A stretch of DNA of 33,787 bases from Atractiella rhizophila (taxonomy: Eukaryota): NCBI GenBank assembly GCA_021432655.1, contig MU271664.1, positions 1 through 33,787 of the forward strand, written 5' to 3'. The first letter of the stretch is position 1. Every line of letters begins with the position of its first letter. Position numbers and translations under genes: made by a program. The notes under the pieces are model-generated. The model worked only from the letters and a program-made list of their open reading frames with translations. It was not told the DNA's origin and searched no databases. Below, piece after piece: positions 11,112-24,302 of this stretch.

Positions 11112-12672
11112 ATGGCAGGGTACGATTCAACTGATGAAATCAGACAAGCTCTTCTCGCTGCTGCGGCAGTGGCGGAACAGACCCAACGAGAAAACCAAGA
11201 CCAGCCGCCAGAGTCTCACAATATCCCAGTCGGCAACATCGACGACAACATCGAGCCCAGCCTTCAAGAGCAAGGTGCTGAACCTACCCAGCAGGAGATG
11301 AGGCAAGGGGAGGTGGATGCGGCACCTCCGGTGTCACAACAAGAGCCTGAGCCTGGTGTTTATCGTGAGATTCCTGGAGAGATTTATTTGAGCCATCCTG
11401 ACCAGTCTGTGAACTTCCTACATAAGTATGTTCTTCATTCTCAATTCTTTCACAATATCCGATGTTAAGAATCGTAGGCGAGAACCGAGCGAAGAGGCTG
11501 GAGTGCAAATGCGACCGACTCTAGTAAAGTCTGTTAAACTTCATTTCCAGCGATGAGTTGAGCTGACGACGTTGACAGGAGACCAGTGAAAGTAGCTTGT
11601 TGTACGTTGTACGCTATCTTCCGCGTTACTTCTCTCATCTAAGATTGAGCAGCAACATGTAATAAACGAAAGGTGCGCCGTTTGTGTTTAAGCGGAACAT
11701 GTCGCTGATTTATTGCTTCAGAGAGCTTGTAAATCTACCACAGACCGTGACTACCCTTGCGTCCTCTGTATCTCATTAGGTATGCCGGACTCATGCGAGT
11801 ATGTGTTCCCCTTTTGTTCCTCACCTAGATGCCGACATTGACAAGAGGGCGCTCTCTGCAGACCATTTCGGCGCAACAGGTTCGAGTGTTTCTCGCTTCA
11901 ATATGGAGGACAAAACTGATATTTTGCTGGATCGATCAAGCCCTAGGGGTCCCAAAGCATCGATGGCGTGCCGTGCGTGTCCTTTTAGCTCATCGCTTGA
12001 AGTTTACGCGACGTGTCTGGAGCAGTTCGATGTCGTTCTCTTAAGGTATAACTTTGGTCATCTCCTCTAACCAAAGTATTAAATTTCAAAACAGCAAAAA
12101 TGCCCTCCTATGGCAGAAGGCGAGTCAGTTTGTGCCAGATGTCGCGATGCCGGAGCCCCTTGCGCGTGAGCACCATCAATCCCCGCCAATACTCTGAAGG
12201 AGGCTGACCAATGATGGACAGAATGGGAGAAGATCGACGAAGACGCACCGACTTGTCGGGTCCAAGAAGGAATCAACTGTCGAGATTGTATAAGACCGTG
12301 CAACAACCGGATTCGGACGTGCAGACATTTGAAGGAACGAGCGACATAGTCAATTCGATGGAGAGTGGAAATGAGCACGGAGGCGAAACAGACATTCCCG
12401 TTCATTTCCCTCCTTCTGATCATGATAACGACCTACGAGTGGAACCTTCAACAAACGGCGAGCATGTTATTGGGAACGAAAATATTGACATTGATATTCA
12501 AATCGATCCGGCTCTCTCAGGCGCTTCTATCCCAGTTGAAGAGGAGGGAAGTGGCACAAGTGGGAGGGAGAGAGACGGCCAAAGCATAGAGCTGCAACCG
12601 CAGCATTTAGTCGGTACAGCCCCAACTATCCCGCCTAGGTTAACACCGGTGGAGAGAGTTCACTTCAAGTGA
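11112..12672 (+). CDS. Zn(II)2Cys6 transcription factor with two tandem zinc clusters
   Basis: About 10 exons. Cluster 1 is C-ST-C-NKRKRA-C-KSTTDRDYP-C-VL-C-ISLGMPDS-C and cluster 2 is C-LR-C-RSLKQK-C-PPMAEGESV-C-AR-C-RDAGAP-C. 20-nt microexons at 11653-11672 and 12026-12045. Acidic, low-complexity termini, with IDPAL in the tail. Confidence 0.85.
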
Positions 12673-12944
12673 GAGAGTGGCAAGGTTGGGGTTTTCATGT
12701 GTGCTGAAGTGTGTTTCACGTTCAATACTTGGATTTTAGTTAGGTTATGAAATGGCTATAAGTTCTGTGGATTTGATTAGGACTCTGCCCTACCCTACAA
12801 AACGTCACCTTGCCAACACCCTGGAATAACAAACCGTGTCTTTGTTCTTCATAACGACCATGGCAATATTAATACTCCGACGTCAATACCACTCTTCCAA
12901 CCTTATTTTACCAACGCAGAACAGATTTCTGTCTCTGCATCGCC

Positions 12945-14091
12945 ATGACAGGGTGAGCCGTTTTATCCATCCACTGCTAGTGCCTTAAAATCACTCGTCT
13001 ACCGTTGCTGCATATCAATGCAATGAAGCCATTCATCCCCCAATGCTCCTTTCAACTAGCAAACTACCCTCTAAACCTCGCCTGCGCTCTCTTTACAGAT
13101 GCGGTACGTCGATTCTATTGATTCCCCAAATTGTTGTGATATCACCTAATGGAATATTTTCTTTTGTAGTTGAGTGCCGAAGGCAGCGTGTAGGTATTCT
13201 TCGTTTTGGTTCGCCTCGAGATCATGACACTGATTGTTGGGACACAGAAGAAGTGTGTCTACAATGAAGAAGAAGGGACTTGTGAGCGCTGCCAGGCATC
13301 TGGCGCGAGCTGCGTGTTTGTCTGCCTTCTATTTTCTCTGGCACCTTTTTACGCCTGTGTCTAAATGCAGGATCGTTCGCACTAATGGGAGGTGGAAACG
13401 CTGGCATCCTGACGAGGAGCCTGCGGTACGGCGACTCCTTCCGCCTACGGCTGGGACGCAAGAGCCTGTCCCTCTTCCAGACGAGGCACTTTATACTGTA
13501 TCAGTGCCAGAGGACGTGGGAACGACTTATTCTCCTGGGAACCATGAGATTCGACCACTTTTTAAAACAGAGACACCGACGGCCATCCCTGACAGTCATG
13601 AGTGGCGCCAAAGAGACAACCAATCTTCGCCCTCGTTTGCTTATTCACAGAACCAGGACTTCGATGTTGAAAGGGACCGCAACATTTTCTCTCCAACTCC
13701 AACACCCACACCTCTGTTAGAGCCGATGCCAACACCCCGTTCACAACCGGGAGAATGGCAACTCCAAACCGGTTGGCATCTACATTCCCGGCGCAACTTG
13801 TTTGATCCCACACCTTCAGTTTCTCCTTCAGTTTCTTCTCTAGACCTACGGTCCCAGTTGGATAGGATGACGAGTCCTCCACCAAATCGGAACGCTTTCT
13901 CTCCCACACCAACGCCGTCAATCTGCAGCGAAGCGAATATAAAGGACAACGAAAGTCGTGGAGACCACACGGGCAGTCGCGCTAGTCAAGCATTATTGCC
14001 TTCTTTTACTAATTTCCACCTTAGTCGCGAGGCTAGGAATATATTCGACCCACCGTTAGTCGATGATGAGATATTGTCCAGAAATGACTGA
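12945..14091 (+). CDS. Zn(II)2Cys6 transcription factor with a single cluster and a Pro/Ser/Thr-rich tail
   Basis: Introns 13104-13169, 13190-13247 and 13316-13370 give C-VE-C-RRQRKK-C-VYNEEEGT-C-ER-C-QASGAS-C, joining the last long exon in frame. The start is either ATG 12945 (via intron 12953-13059) or ATG 13043. Confidence 0.8.
13678..14055 (+). repeat. Four dispersed peptide motifs R-N-x-F-[S/D]-P
   Basis: RNIFSPTPTPTP at 13678, RNLFDPTPSVSP at 13792, RNAFSPTPTPS at 13888 and RNIFDPP at 14035. Confidence 0.8.
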
Positions 14092-14455
14092 GAACTCTGT
14101 GTATTAAGATGGTCTGATTCTTGGATAGGCATAGATTGCATTTGCTTGCACATTACATTGTCAATGAAGGCTTTGCATTGTGGTGTAGAACGGAAGAGCT
14201 ACTGTTACGATCTTTGCTTGTGGCGCAGCCCAAGTAGGACTGACAGTTTCATGCTGGATGTACAGAGTGCATTGTCTTTGACTGGTGAACCGGCTTTATG
14301 GTACCTCTATAAGATTCGATTTACTGCGTCAACGAAAGTGTAAACTTTCCGTCAACTCCACCTCGCCTAATAACTCGCACACATTGAACCCCCTCGTAGC
14401 ACCTACCCCAATACCCAATAGGCAGTGGCAGGGAGGATTAGCAAGATAACTGAAA

Positions 14456-17400
14456 ATGAGCACAAAATCGCTCGACTCCATTCTACTCGACCTCAAATCG
14501 CGATCAGACGGCGTGCGAGCGACTGCTGGTGAGGAATTAAGGCATTATGTATGTATATCTTTTTTGCCTCATCGCAATGGGTCTGTTTCTTATCATCTCC
14601 AACTTGGGAAGGTCTTGAGCTCTAGCCGAGTATTGCTTGGCCCTGCCTTTGAGAAGACATTCTCTGTCCTCTCTTCACGTCTTTTTGCCCTTGTCAACTC
14701 TACCGACCTTCCGGACAAGCTTGCAGGGGTATGCGCCATCGAAGCTCTGCTTCCATTACTTTCCGCATCAACCTCTAGCTCGAGATTACCACGATTAGCG
14801 AGCTATGTTCAGCAAGCGCTTCCATGTCCCGACGCACTCGTCATGTCGACAGCCGCTAGGGTGTTTGCAAAGTTGTCACGGATGGGAGGGAGTAGTATGA
14901 GCGAGATGGTGTCAAACTACGTCAAAGATTGCGTTCTCTGGCTCACGTCCGAGCGTGTAGAGATGCGTAGGTACGCTGCTTGCCTCATCTTGCGCGAATT
15001 AGCTCGAGAGAGTGTGTCTGGGGGCACGTCCGGGGCTTTGGTGAGCATGGGGGAGAGCGTAGCGGAACTTGCAGAGGTTCTCTGGAATGGATTAAGGGAC
15101 CAGAAAGTTGCGGTGAGAGAAGCAGCGGCGGATGCGATGGGGCAGGTCTTGAGGATTTGTTGGGTACGGGACGGTGAAGAGGGGGAGGCGTTCAGAGGAA
15201 CATGGGAAAATGTGCAGAAGGGTATGTTCTTCCTCTTCTGTGATCTTCGGTAGAGGAGTCTTGGTGCCGCAAGCGCTGACGCTCGGATTCGGTAGGATTG
15301 ACGCAGAGCAATCCGGACGTTATCCACGGCTCGTTACTCGCGTTGAAAGAGCTGCTGATCCAGGCGGGTCGGGTTGGTCTCTTTCTGTTCCACACCTCGC
15401 ACTTTGTTCAATCGCCTTGCTGGGGACCAGTTTCTAGCACCTCATTTCGACGCCGTCTGCACCCTCATCGTTACCTACAAAGATTCCAAAGAGACCCTTG
15501 TACGCCGCGCTACGATTGAGATGATGCCAGGGCTGGCTTCATTCGAGCCCGTACACTTTGCCAAAACCTGGCTGCATCGCTTTTTGGTGCACTTGCTTGG
15601 ATCGATTGGAAGAGGAAACGACAGGGGAATCTGTGAGCATTTCTCCCAATGAAGTGGGCGATTGGCTGAGCGCTTGATGGCGTATAGCTTTCTTGGCTAT
15701 TGGACACATCGCCACATACGTTAAATCTGACATCAAGCCCTTCCTTGACGGCATCCTTTCCGCTCTCAAAGAAGCATTAGCCTCCTCCCTTCGAGCCGCG
15801 GTCGGAGGCGGACACCATCTCCCTCAACCTCTGTTAACAGAATTTGGGCTCGGTGCTACGCCGCCTCCCTCGAAAGACGACAAAAAGAGCAGGAAAGGTG
15901 CTCCAACAGCCAGCACCGGAGGAGGAACGGGAGAGGCGCAGATTTTCGAATGCATTGCGTTGCTCACACAGGCTGTTGGCGTGGTTTTGACGAAGCATAT
16001 GCCGGAGCTCCTGGACGCAATGTTTGCGTTTGGACTGAGTGAAGCGCTTCGGAAGACTTTGGTGGGGATCGCCAAGTGGGATCCCCCCATTGCACCAGTG
16101 GTGAAAGGTCCGTGGTACTCCCTCTATCGAACGAAAACTAAAATCGTGCGAATAGAGAGGCTACTCAATCTATGTTCGGTCACTCTGACCGGAGAATCCT
16201 TTAAAGCACCAGGGGAAGGGCGTATAAGATGGACTCCGCTACTTGTGCGTTTATTCACTTCTCTGTAATGACGAACGGAGCTAATGCGGATGATTCTGTG
16301 AATATGAAGATGCAAGAACGAGATCCGGAACTCATTTCTCTCGCTCTTCAGACTTTAGGGACGTTTGACTTCACCGGTATGTTCTACTGCTGTCACTTTC
16401 CCTTCATGCCGCAAGTACTGAAGTGCAACGCGAAGGGTACAATCTTTCAGAATTCGTGCGAGACGTCATCGTTGCCTTTTTAGAGGACGACTCCTCTTCC
16501 ATACGCCGTTCCGCTGCCGACTCTGCTTGTGCATTATTATGCCACGATCCCATTGTGAAACGGAATGATTTGGCAGCCATCAAACTTGTGAGGGAGGTCC
16601 TGCAGAAGGTCCTTACTGTGGCAATTGCAGATCCGGGTGAGTGCTTATGAAGCAAGATTCGCTGCATCCCATTGTGCCTGTCAATGCGACAATCTTTGCT
16701 GATACTGTTAATCGGGCCGACAGACCCAACTATTCGTCTCAATACCCTCCTCGCCCTCGAACCTCCCGTAGATCGACATCTCGCCTCGCAAGATAATGTG
16801 AGGAGCCTTTTCGTTGCGGTCAGTGACGAGAACTTCCAAATCCGAGAGCAAGCGGTTCTTGTACTTGGGCGACTGGCTGGCCACAATCCCGCATATGTCA
16901 TGCCCTTCCTGAGACAGACGATCCTCGGACTATTAAGCGAAATTGAGTGGAACGATGCGCCGTATTTCTTTCCTAATTGATGTGGACTTGACTGATACAG
17001 TTGCCGAGGATAGGAGAGGAAAAGAAGAGGCCGCCAATCTGCTTGCCCTCATCGTTCGCACATCTCAGCGCCTTACACGTCCCTACGTCCTCTCCATTAC
17101 GAAAGTCCTCCTTCCAAAAGCACGAGATTCAAACCCACATCTTACAACTGCTATTATTACCGCGTTAGGAGAATTAGCTGAAGTCGGAGGCCGGGACATG
17201 CAGCCGCAGATCGGTCCTTTCATGGATCTTCTGATAGATACCCTGCAAGCACAAAACATCACACCTGAGAAACGGTTCGCGTCTTTGAAGGCATTGGGAC
17301 AGCTAGCTGGCAACGCCGGTTACGTTATCGAGCCATTTTTGGAATACAAGGCCCTACTTCCTACCTTGAGATCGATATTGGTCAACGAGGCAGGAAGTGG

Positions 17401-20400
17401 GGGACCTGCGACCAGGAGGGAAGTGGTAAAAGTCCTGGGGATTCTTGGAGCTTTGGATCCCTACAAACTGAACGTAAGCTATTGTTTCCCCGAAATTGGC
17501 GAGTTGTTGAGGCCGATTAGGTGGGAGACGAGCGCGAATCTACTGAGCTTACAGTGGGAACGGCTGAGACCCTTCTACTGGCGAATATCGGGCCATCGCA
17601 TGAGGATTATTACCCTACAATCACTTTCGCCGCCCTTCTTTCTATCTTGAGGGACTCTGGATTGTCAAATCATCATACTGCAGTGGTGGAGGCTATTATG
17701 TATATTTTCAAGAGCTTGAGGCTGAAGTGTGTACAGTTCCTCAAAGAGGTTCGCTTACATCATTACTTCGCCCCGTGACCTGTCTTGCTGAACCTATTAC
17801 CAGGTTGTGCCAGCAGTAGTTGGCGCGGTCAGAACATCCCCTGCGGCTCTTCATGCTACCTACGTGGAAAATCTCAGCAAACTCATCGATATCTCAAAGC
17901 AACATGTTAGAGTCCACATCTCTCCAGTACTTTCCCTCATTCAGGAATTCTGGGACACTTCATCTCTCCAACCTTGCCTTGTCTCCCTCATGGAATCCAT
18001 CGCAAATGCTCTCGATACCGACTTTCGAGCTCATCTTCCGACCCTGCTCCCTCTCCTTCTGTCCACTTTCAACAATGATCTAACTCGGCAGAACAAATCT
18101 GAAATTGCTATTCGTATTCTTAAGGCTTTTGTCGTATTTGGACAGAACTTCCAGGAATATATTCATCTCGCATTACCAACCGTCATACAGGTTTTCGAGA
18201 AGCAGGACCATTCGACGCCCCTTCGAAAGGCTGCTATCTCGGCCATAACGAATCTATCACGAAAGGTTAACTTTTCGGCACTCGCTTCGAGAACAATACT
18301 CCCCCTCGTCCGTGTCCTTGAGGTGCAAAATTCAGAATTAAGGACATCGGCAATGGATGCGCTCTGTTCGTTGATGGTTCAAATGGGGCCAGATTTCGCT
18401 CTTTTCATCCCAGCAATCAATAAGGTCAGCTTGCGTCCCTGGTCCAGCTGACATGACGCTGATTGTTTCAACTAGGCAACCGTTAAATATTCTATACGCC
18501 ATCAAAGCTATGAGGCAAATGCTGATGCACTCTTACGAGGCCTGGATCTTCCGATCACTATGTTTGGAGAGGAGTATGTTTCATAGTTCTCCCCAATAGG
18601 CTTCTAATAACTTCTCACTAGCTTGTCCCTACCAGTCGACAGTAACCATGCGGTGGACGCAGGAATTACGAAGCTTCCAGTTAACCAGCAGAACGTTAAA
18701 AGCGCGTGGGAGATACCGGAAAGAGCTCGAGCCGACGATTGGAAAGAATGGCTCAAGCGACTCAGTATTCAACTCCTGAAGTCTTCACCCTCCCACTGTC
18801 TTCGAGCGTGCGCCAACCTTGCAGAGGTTTACAATCCTTTGGCAAGAGAGTTGTTTAATGCCGCTTTTGTGTCTTGTTGGGGAGAACTTTACGACTCATA
18901 CAAGGTCTATCTCCTCTCTACAAACAGATCAAAGAACCTTCTGACATTTGGATTAGGACGAATTTGTATCCGCCATCGAGAGCGCGCTCTCCGCATCATC
19001 CATGCCTTCAGAGATTATGCACACACTTCTAAACCTCGCCGAGTTTATGGAGCACGATGATAAAGTCCTTCCCATCGACTGGAAAACGCTTGGAGCGTAT
19101 GCTCAAAAATGCCATGCATGGGCAAAAGCCCTGCACTATAAGGAGCTGGAATGCATCAAGGAGCCGACATCCGAAATAGTCGAGGATCTTATCTACATCA
19201 ATAGCGCTCTTCAGCAACCCGATGTTGCCATGGGAATTCTCACCAACACACAACAAAATCGGGATATTCCACTACACGAAGAGTGGTATGAAAAGTTGGA
19301 GAGATGGGAAGATGCCTTGGCCTCTTATGAACGTAGGTCGATGGAGGATCCAGGATCCTTCGAGCTAGTACACGGCCGGATGAGGTGTTTGGCGGCGCTA
19401 GGACATTGGGAGGCACTGTCTGATCTTGCAGATGACTACTGGCTCCCAACAACTCCCAACGATTTGAAGAGGAAGATTGCCCCACTCGCCGCTGCCGCTG
19501 CCTGGAGTCTCTCTATGTGGGATAGAATGGACGAGTTCGTCAGCGTCTTGCGAAGCGACTCTCCCGACCGTGCGTGGCTTAAAGCGATCCTTCACGTCCA
19601 TCGGCAAGAATACACAGAGGCGGAGAAGCAAGTTGGTAAAGCTAGGGACGGCATGGTTTCTGAGCTTGCATCCCTGCTGGGTGAAAGCTACAGTCGGGCT
19701 TATGGGTACATTCCCGCTTTCACAACATCATATGAATGGCTGACTCTTGCCACAGTTCCGTGGTTCGGGCACAAATGTTGTCGGAAATCGAAGAAATCAT
19801 AGCTTACAAGCAAGCTGTCGGTGCAGATCAACGGGACCGTCAAGAACACATCAAAGAAACATGGTCAAAGCGGTATGCCAATATTTACCTCCAAAATAAC
19901 AAACCTGACATGTGCCCCAGGCTGTTAGGATGCCAGCGTGACGTTGACACTTGGCGAAAGATACTCCGGCTTAGGGCAGCAGTTTTGTCCCCTAAAGACA
20001 ACATTGACATTACAATCAAAATGGCTAATCTCTGCCGCAAGGCTGGTCGTATGGGTCTCGCCGATCAAACATTTCAAAACTTCGTAGAAGACGATTTGGA
20101 TGATATTGTAACTATCCTCCATCCCACAGCTCTCTCTGACTGTTTGTAGACTGAGCTGCCACCAGAAGTTCACTATGCGCGATTGAAATACACGTGGGCT
20201 TTGGGGACGAAAGAAGAGACCCTTACTCAGCTGCGAGAGTTTACCACAAATCTCACTCATCAACTTGGACTTGCTGAAGACAGCCCTGCCGGGCCTGGAG
20301 TGAATGAACGCTACGAGCAATATCGTCGTCTCCTCAGTCGTTGCTACTATCGCATCGGAGAGTGGCAATCTTCTTTCTTGCAGGATTGGGGCTCAGTGAG

Positions 20401-23311
20401 TATTTGTTCGCATGAAATCAGGTCCTAATTACCGAGGCAGGAACAAGTTGAAAACATATTAGCTAGCTATTTACTAGCTTCCACATTGGACTCTGGCTGG
20501 GCAAAGGCGTACCATAGCTTTGCATTGGCTAACTCGGACGTCATCAGCTATTATTCCAAAATGGCAGATGAAGGAGAACCCATGCCTGAGGACATTTTTG
20601 CGAATCACTTAGTCCCTGCTTTACATGGTTTGTACTCAATTTTTCCTTCCTTCGCCACTCAGGGTAGAATAGCTTTCTTCAAAACGATTTCCTTGTCTCA
20701 AGGCACCGCGTTGCAAGACACCCTCCGACTTCTTACTCTCTGGTTCAAGTATGGTGATCACAAAGAAGTAGCTGGAGCCATAGCTGAGGGATATTCATCT
20801 GTTTCCATCGACACTTGGTTAGAAGTTGTGCCTCAGGTCGGCTCATATTCCATTTTTAATACACTCTAACGGCACTCTCTAGCTCATAGCTCGGATACAA
20901 GCGAAGAGTGGGCCGACTCGGAAGCTGGTGCAGCTCGTATTGACTGAAGTCGGAAAAGCGCATCCACAAGCTCTAGTGTACCCCGTAAGTCTTAAAGACT
21001 CAAAGTTATCGAGGCTAACAACTCTACAGTTAACTGTCGCTTCGAAGTATCCTAGTCAGTCGAGACGGAAGTCAGCTCTGACAATCCTAGACAAGTTGCG
21101 AGAACACAGTCCCAATTTAGTCACCCAAGCATTAGTGGTCAGTTCTGAATTAATACGCGTCGCTATCCTATGGCCCGAAATGTGGCATGAAGATCTCGAG
21201 GATGCTTCCCGTCTCTATTACACGGAGCACAATATTACCGGCATGTTCGACGTTTTGGAGCCTCTACATATGATGCTGGACAAAGTGGGCCTTGAACCCT
21301 TCGTTGTCATCCGTCATTGATGATTTTAAAGGGAGCGGAAACACAACGAGAACATGCCTTCGTCCAAACATACGGTAGAGATCTGCAGGCGGCGAGAACC
21401 TCTTGTGAACGTTATCAACAGTACAAAGAGGTCAACGATCTCAATCAGGCTTGGGATCTATACTACAACGTTTGTGAATTCCTTTGGTTGTTAAGAACAA
21501 TCATCAACACATCTTGCAGGTGTTCCGCAGAATCTATAGAGATCTAGCGAAAATGACCGTGTTGGACCTTCAAAACGTTTCCCCCAAGTTATTGCAACAA
21601 AGAGATCTTCAATTAGCCATCCCAGGTATGCGCTCTCCTATGCTAACTTTCCATCCATTTCACCAACAGAGTTTTCAGGGACATATCAAAGTGGCAAAGA
21701 GGTCATTTCTATCAAACGATTTGCTACCACTTTCGATGTACTGCAATCTAAGCAACATCCCCGAAAGATGAAGATCACGGGGAGCGATGGCAAGGATTAT
21801 GCCTTCTTATTGAAAGGTAGGCCGTGTCTCCATGTGTAATATTCCCCTGCCAGAATCCTTGATTAGGGCACGAGGACCTACGACAGGACGAGAGGGTGAT
21901 GCAACTCTTCGGCCTCGTCAACACGCTTCTGGTTAAGGATTCTGAAGCCTTCAAGAGACATCTCAGTGTTCAAAATTACCCAGTCATTCCACTCTCACCA
22001 AATTCAGGTTTGATCGGATGGGTTGACAACACAGATACCTTCCACATTTTAGTTCGAGTACGCACTGTTTGATCCTGAATCGTCTAGCTGAATACGGTCT
22101 AGAATTATAGAGAAAGCCGAAAGGTTCTGCTCAACATCGAACACCGACTCATGCTCCAGGTGTGTTGCTTCACTTCATTCAATTGTCCCATCTCTGATCC
22201 TGCTTGCAGATGGCTCCTGATTACGATCAGATGCACCTGATGCAGAAGATAGAGGTTTTTGAATTTGCATTGGAGAACACAACAGGGCAAGATCTCTATT
22301 GGGTACTGTGGCTGAAGAGCCGAAACTCAGAGTCCTGGCTCGTTCGACGAAGTAATTACGTTCGCTCTTTGGCGACAATGTCGATGGTGGGGCATATATT
22401 GGGACTTGGCGATCGTCATCCGGCCAATTTGTTGATGGATCGTATAACGGGACGCATTGTTCATGTCGATTTCGGCGATTGCTTTGAAGTCGCCATGAGA
22501 CGAGATGTGGGTTTCTCACTGACACTGATCCCCCCTTTGCTGACTCCGTTTGAAGAAATACCCGGAGAAAGTCCCATTTCGCTTGACCAGAATGCTTGTT
22601 CATGCTATGGAGGTCAGTGGAGTAGAGGGAACGTTTACGAGTCAGTCCACCGTCGCCTGACGATGCTAACTAACATCATTTGTGCAAGTTAACTCTGGAA
22701 TCGCGATGCAAGTGATGAGAGACAACCAGGAGTCGATTCTTGCAGTGCTAGAAGCATTCGTTTACGATCCACTTATTAACTGGCGCCTTGTTACTGGTGT
22801 GTCCTTACACCTGCCGTCCATAGCGAACCTGATTCTGTATGTTGGTTAAGGCGGACGTCGCGTTGGCAGTGAAGATGTAGATGAGCCCGAAGATTCTGCA
22901 GCACAGGCACCTGCCCAAAGTAGGCCATACACCAAAGGACGACCGCGTGTGGATGAAGCGAACACCATGGATGGTTTGTCTTTCGTTCTCTTCCCATGAG
23001 AAGAATGCTTATACCTCAGCAGAGGAGGCTGCAGAGCAGTTGAATGCGCGAGCTTTGGAGGTTGTTGATCGCATTAATCAAAAGCTGACAGGTGCCTCTA
23101 TTGTTCACATCGCATTGAGGAGCTAATGCCTCCTTTAGGACGAGATTTCAAGCCTACGGAGGCTCTACAAGTGTCCGATCAGGTCAAAAAGCTTATCAAT
23201 CAGGCGACGAGCTACGAAAATCTTTGTGTCATGTTTGGTGGATGGTGCCCATTTTGTACGTTTTTACCTTTTCTTTTCGGCGACGCTGACGAGAAGAGTG
23301 CAATAGGGTAA
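14456..23311 (+). CDS. TOR1: Serine/threonine kinase TOR (PIKK family)
   Basis: About 33 GT-AG introns. HEAT repeats, FAT ([21 protein letters not shown]), FRB ([22 protein letters not shown]...[13 protein letters not shown]), kinase ([36 protein letters not shown]) and FATC ([19 protein letters not shown]). Confidence 0.98.
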
Positions 23312-23528
23312 ACATGTTGTATTCACATTGCTTTTCAGTTTCCCAAGATCAAGTTGTACTGTGCAACAATGTAGTTCATACGCAACCAAACAATGGAGTA
23401 GTTTCATCGTCATCAACAGACGTCGACAATCGGCAGAATGTGGTGTTTCTTCACATGCATACGCCGCCTCAAAGAGTCGATGCTCCGAAGTTACAAATTT
23501 TACAACAAAGCTTCCACAAGCGAGCCGA

Positions 23529-24302
23529 TTACTTCTTCCAGGCAATATCGACAACTGTCCTTCCGTCAACACCTCTTCCTTCAATTCGACGAGAGTCAGC
23601 TCACCATCCTCCAATAGGGGTTCTGCAATATATTCTCTCCCCTCCTTCTTCCTCCTCCAATCACTCCCGAATCGCTCATCCCGCTCGCCCACTACCTTCT
23701 CGAACTCTTTCATTTGCCCTGCGCCTGTAAAACTTCCCATCAAGACCGGTTGTCCCATCGGTAACTGATCACCTCTATCGACCTGCCAGAAATGATACGT
23801 CTTTCCGTAAAGCTTCACGACCTGCTCCATCTCCTTCTTCTCTGCCGCTTCCCAAGCTATTGCCGGCAGAAGGGATGTAGAGGGTTGTGGCATAATAAGC
23901 ATTCCGGATTTCACTTCAAATACGTGTGTGTGCCACAGCTTCCTCTCTTCGGATGAGAGGGTGCTGAAAAGGCGTGGGGTGACCATGTATTCAACTCCTA
24001 TGAGACGTGCATTCGGAGCGGTGGAATCGTAGATTAGACACTGCCTGACATCTGCCAATCACTTTTCTTCAACATCCGAGTTGATCCTCCAGCGCAAGGG
24101 AACTCGACGCACCGTCATTCACATGAGCGCAATAGTGATTTGCCTCTACGAAACGATGTGGCTCATCAGCGTAAACATGAAAGGCGTTCAAGTGAGCGCA
24201 GATGCTCTTTACTGGATGAAAATCTTGCACAACTGCTGCTCCGGAAGTGAGCAGTTGGTTAGTGGTGCTGAGGGGTGCCCCTGGAATCGACTCCGAAGCC
24301 AT
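23529..24302 (-). CDS. DUF1264 / oil-body-associated protein (OBAP)-like protein
   Basis: Spliced product has [11 protein letters not shown]...[22 protein letters not shown]...ARLIGVEYM...[17 protein letters not shown]...[19 protein letters not shown]. Intron 24052-24112; a second intron precedes a short last exon encoding VVDIAWKK* (stop 23529-23531). Confidence 0.9.

Noticed and set aside
14917..20368. Many antisense and off-frame ORFs of 60-165 aa inside TOR (and similarly in the F-box and GDA1 genes)
   Set aside because: Shadow ORFs expected within real coding sequence at this GC content; no independent features.
8658..23311. Functional clustering of eIF2-gamma and TOR
   Set aside because: Two housekeeping genes separated by unrelated TFs; no shared regulatory signal is visible, and adjacency is explainable by chance.
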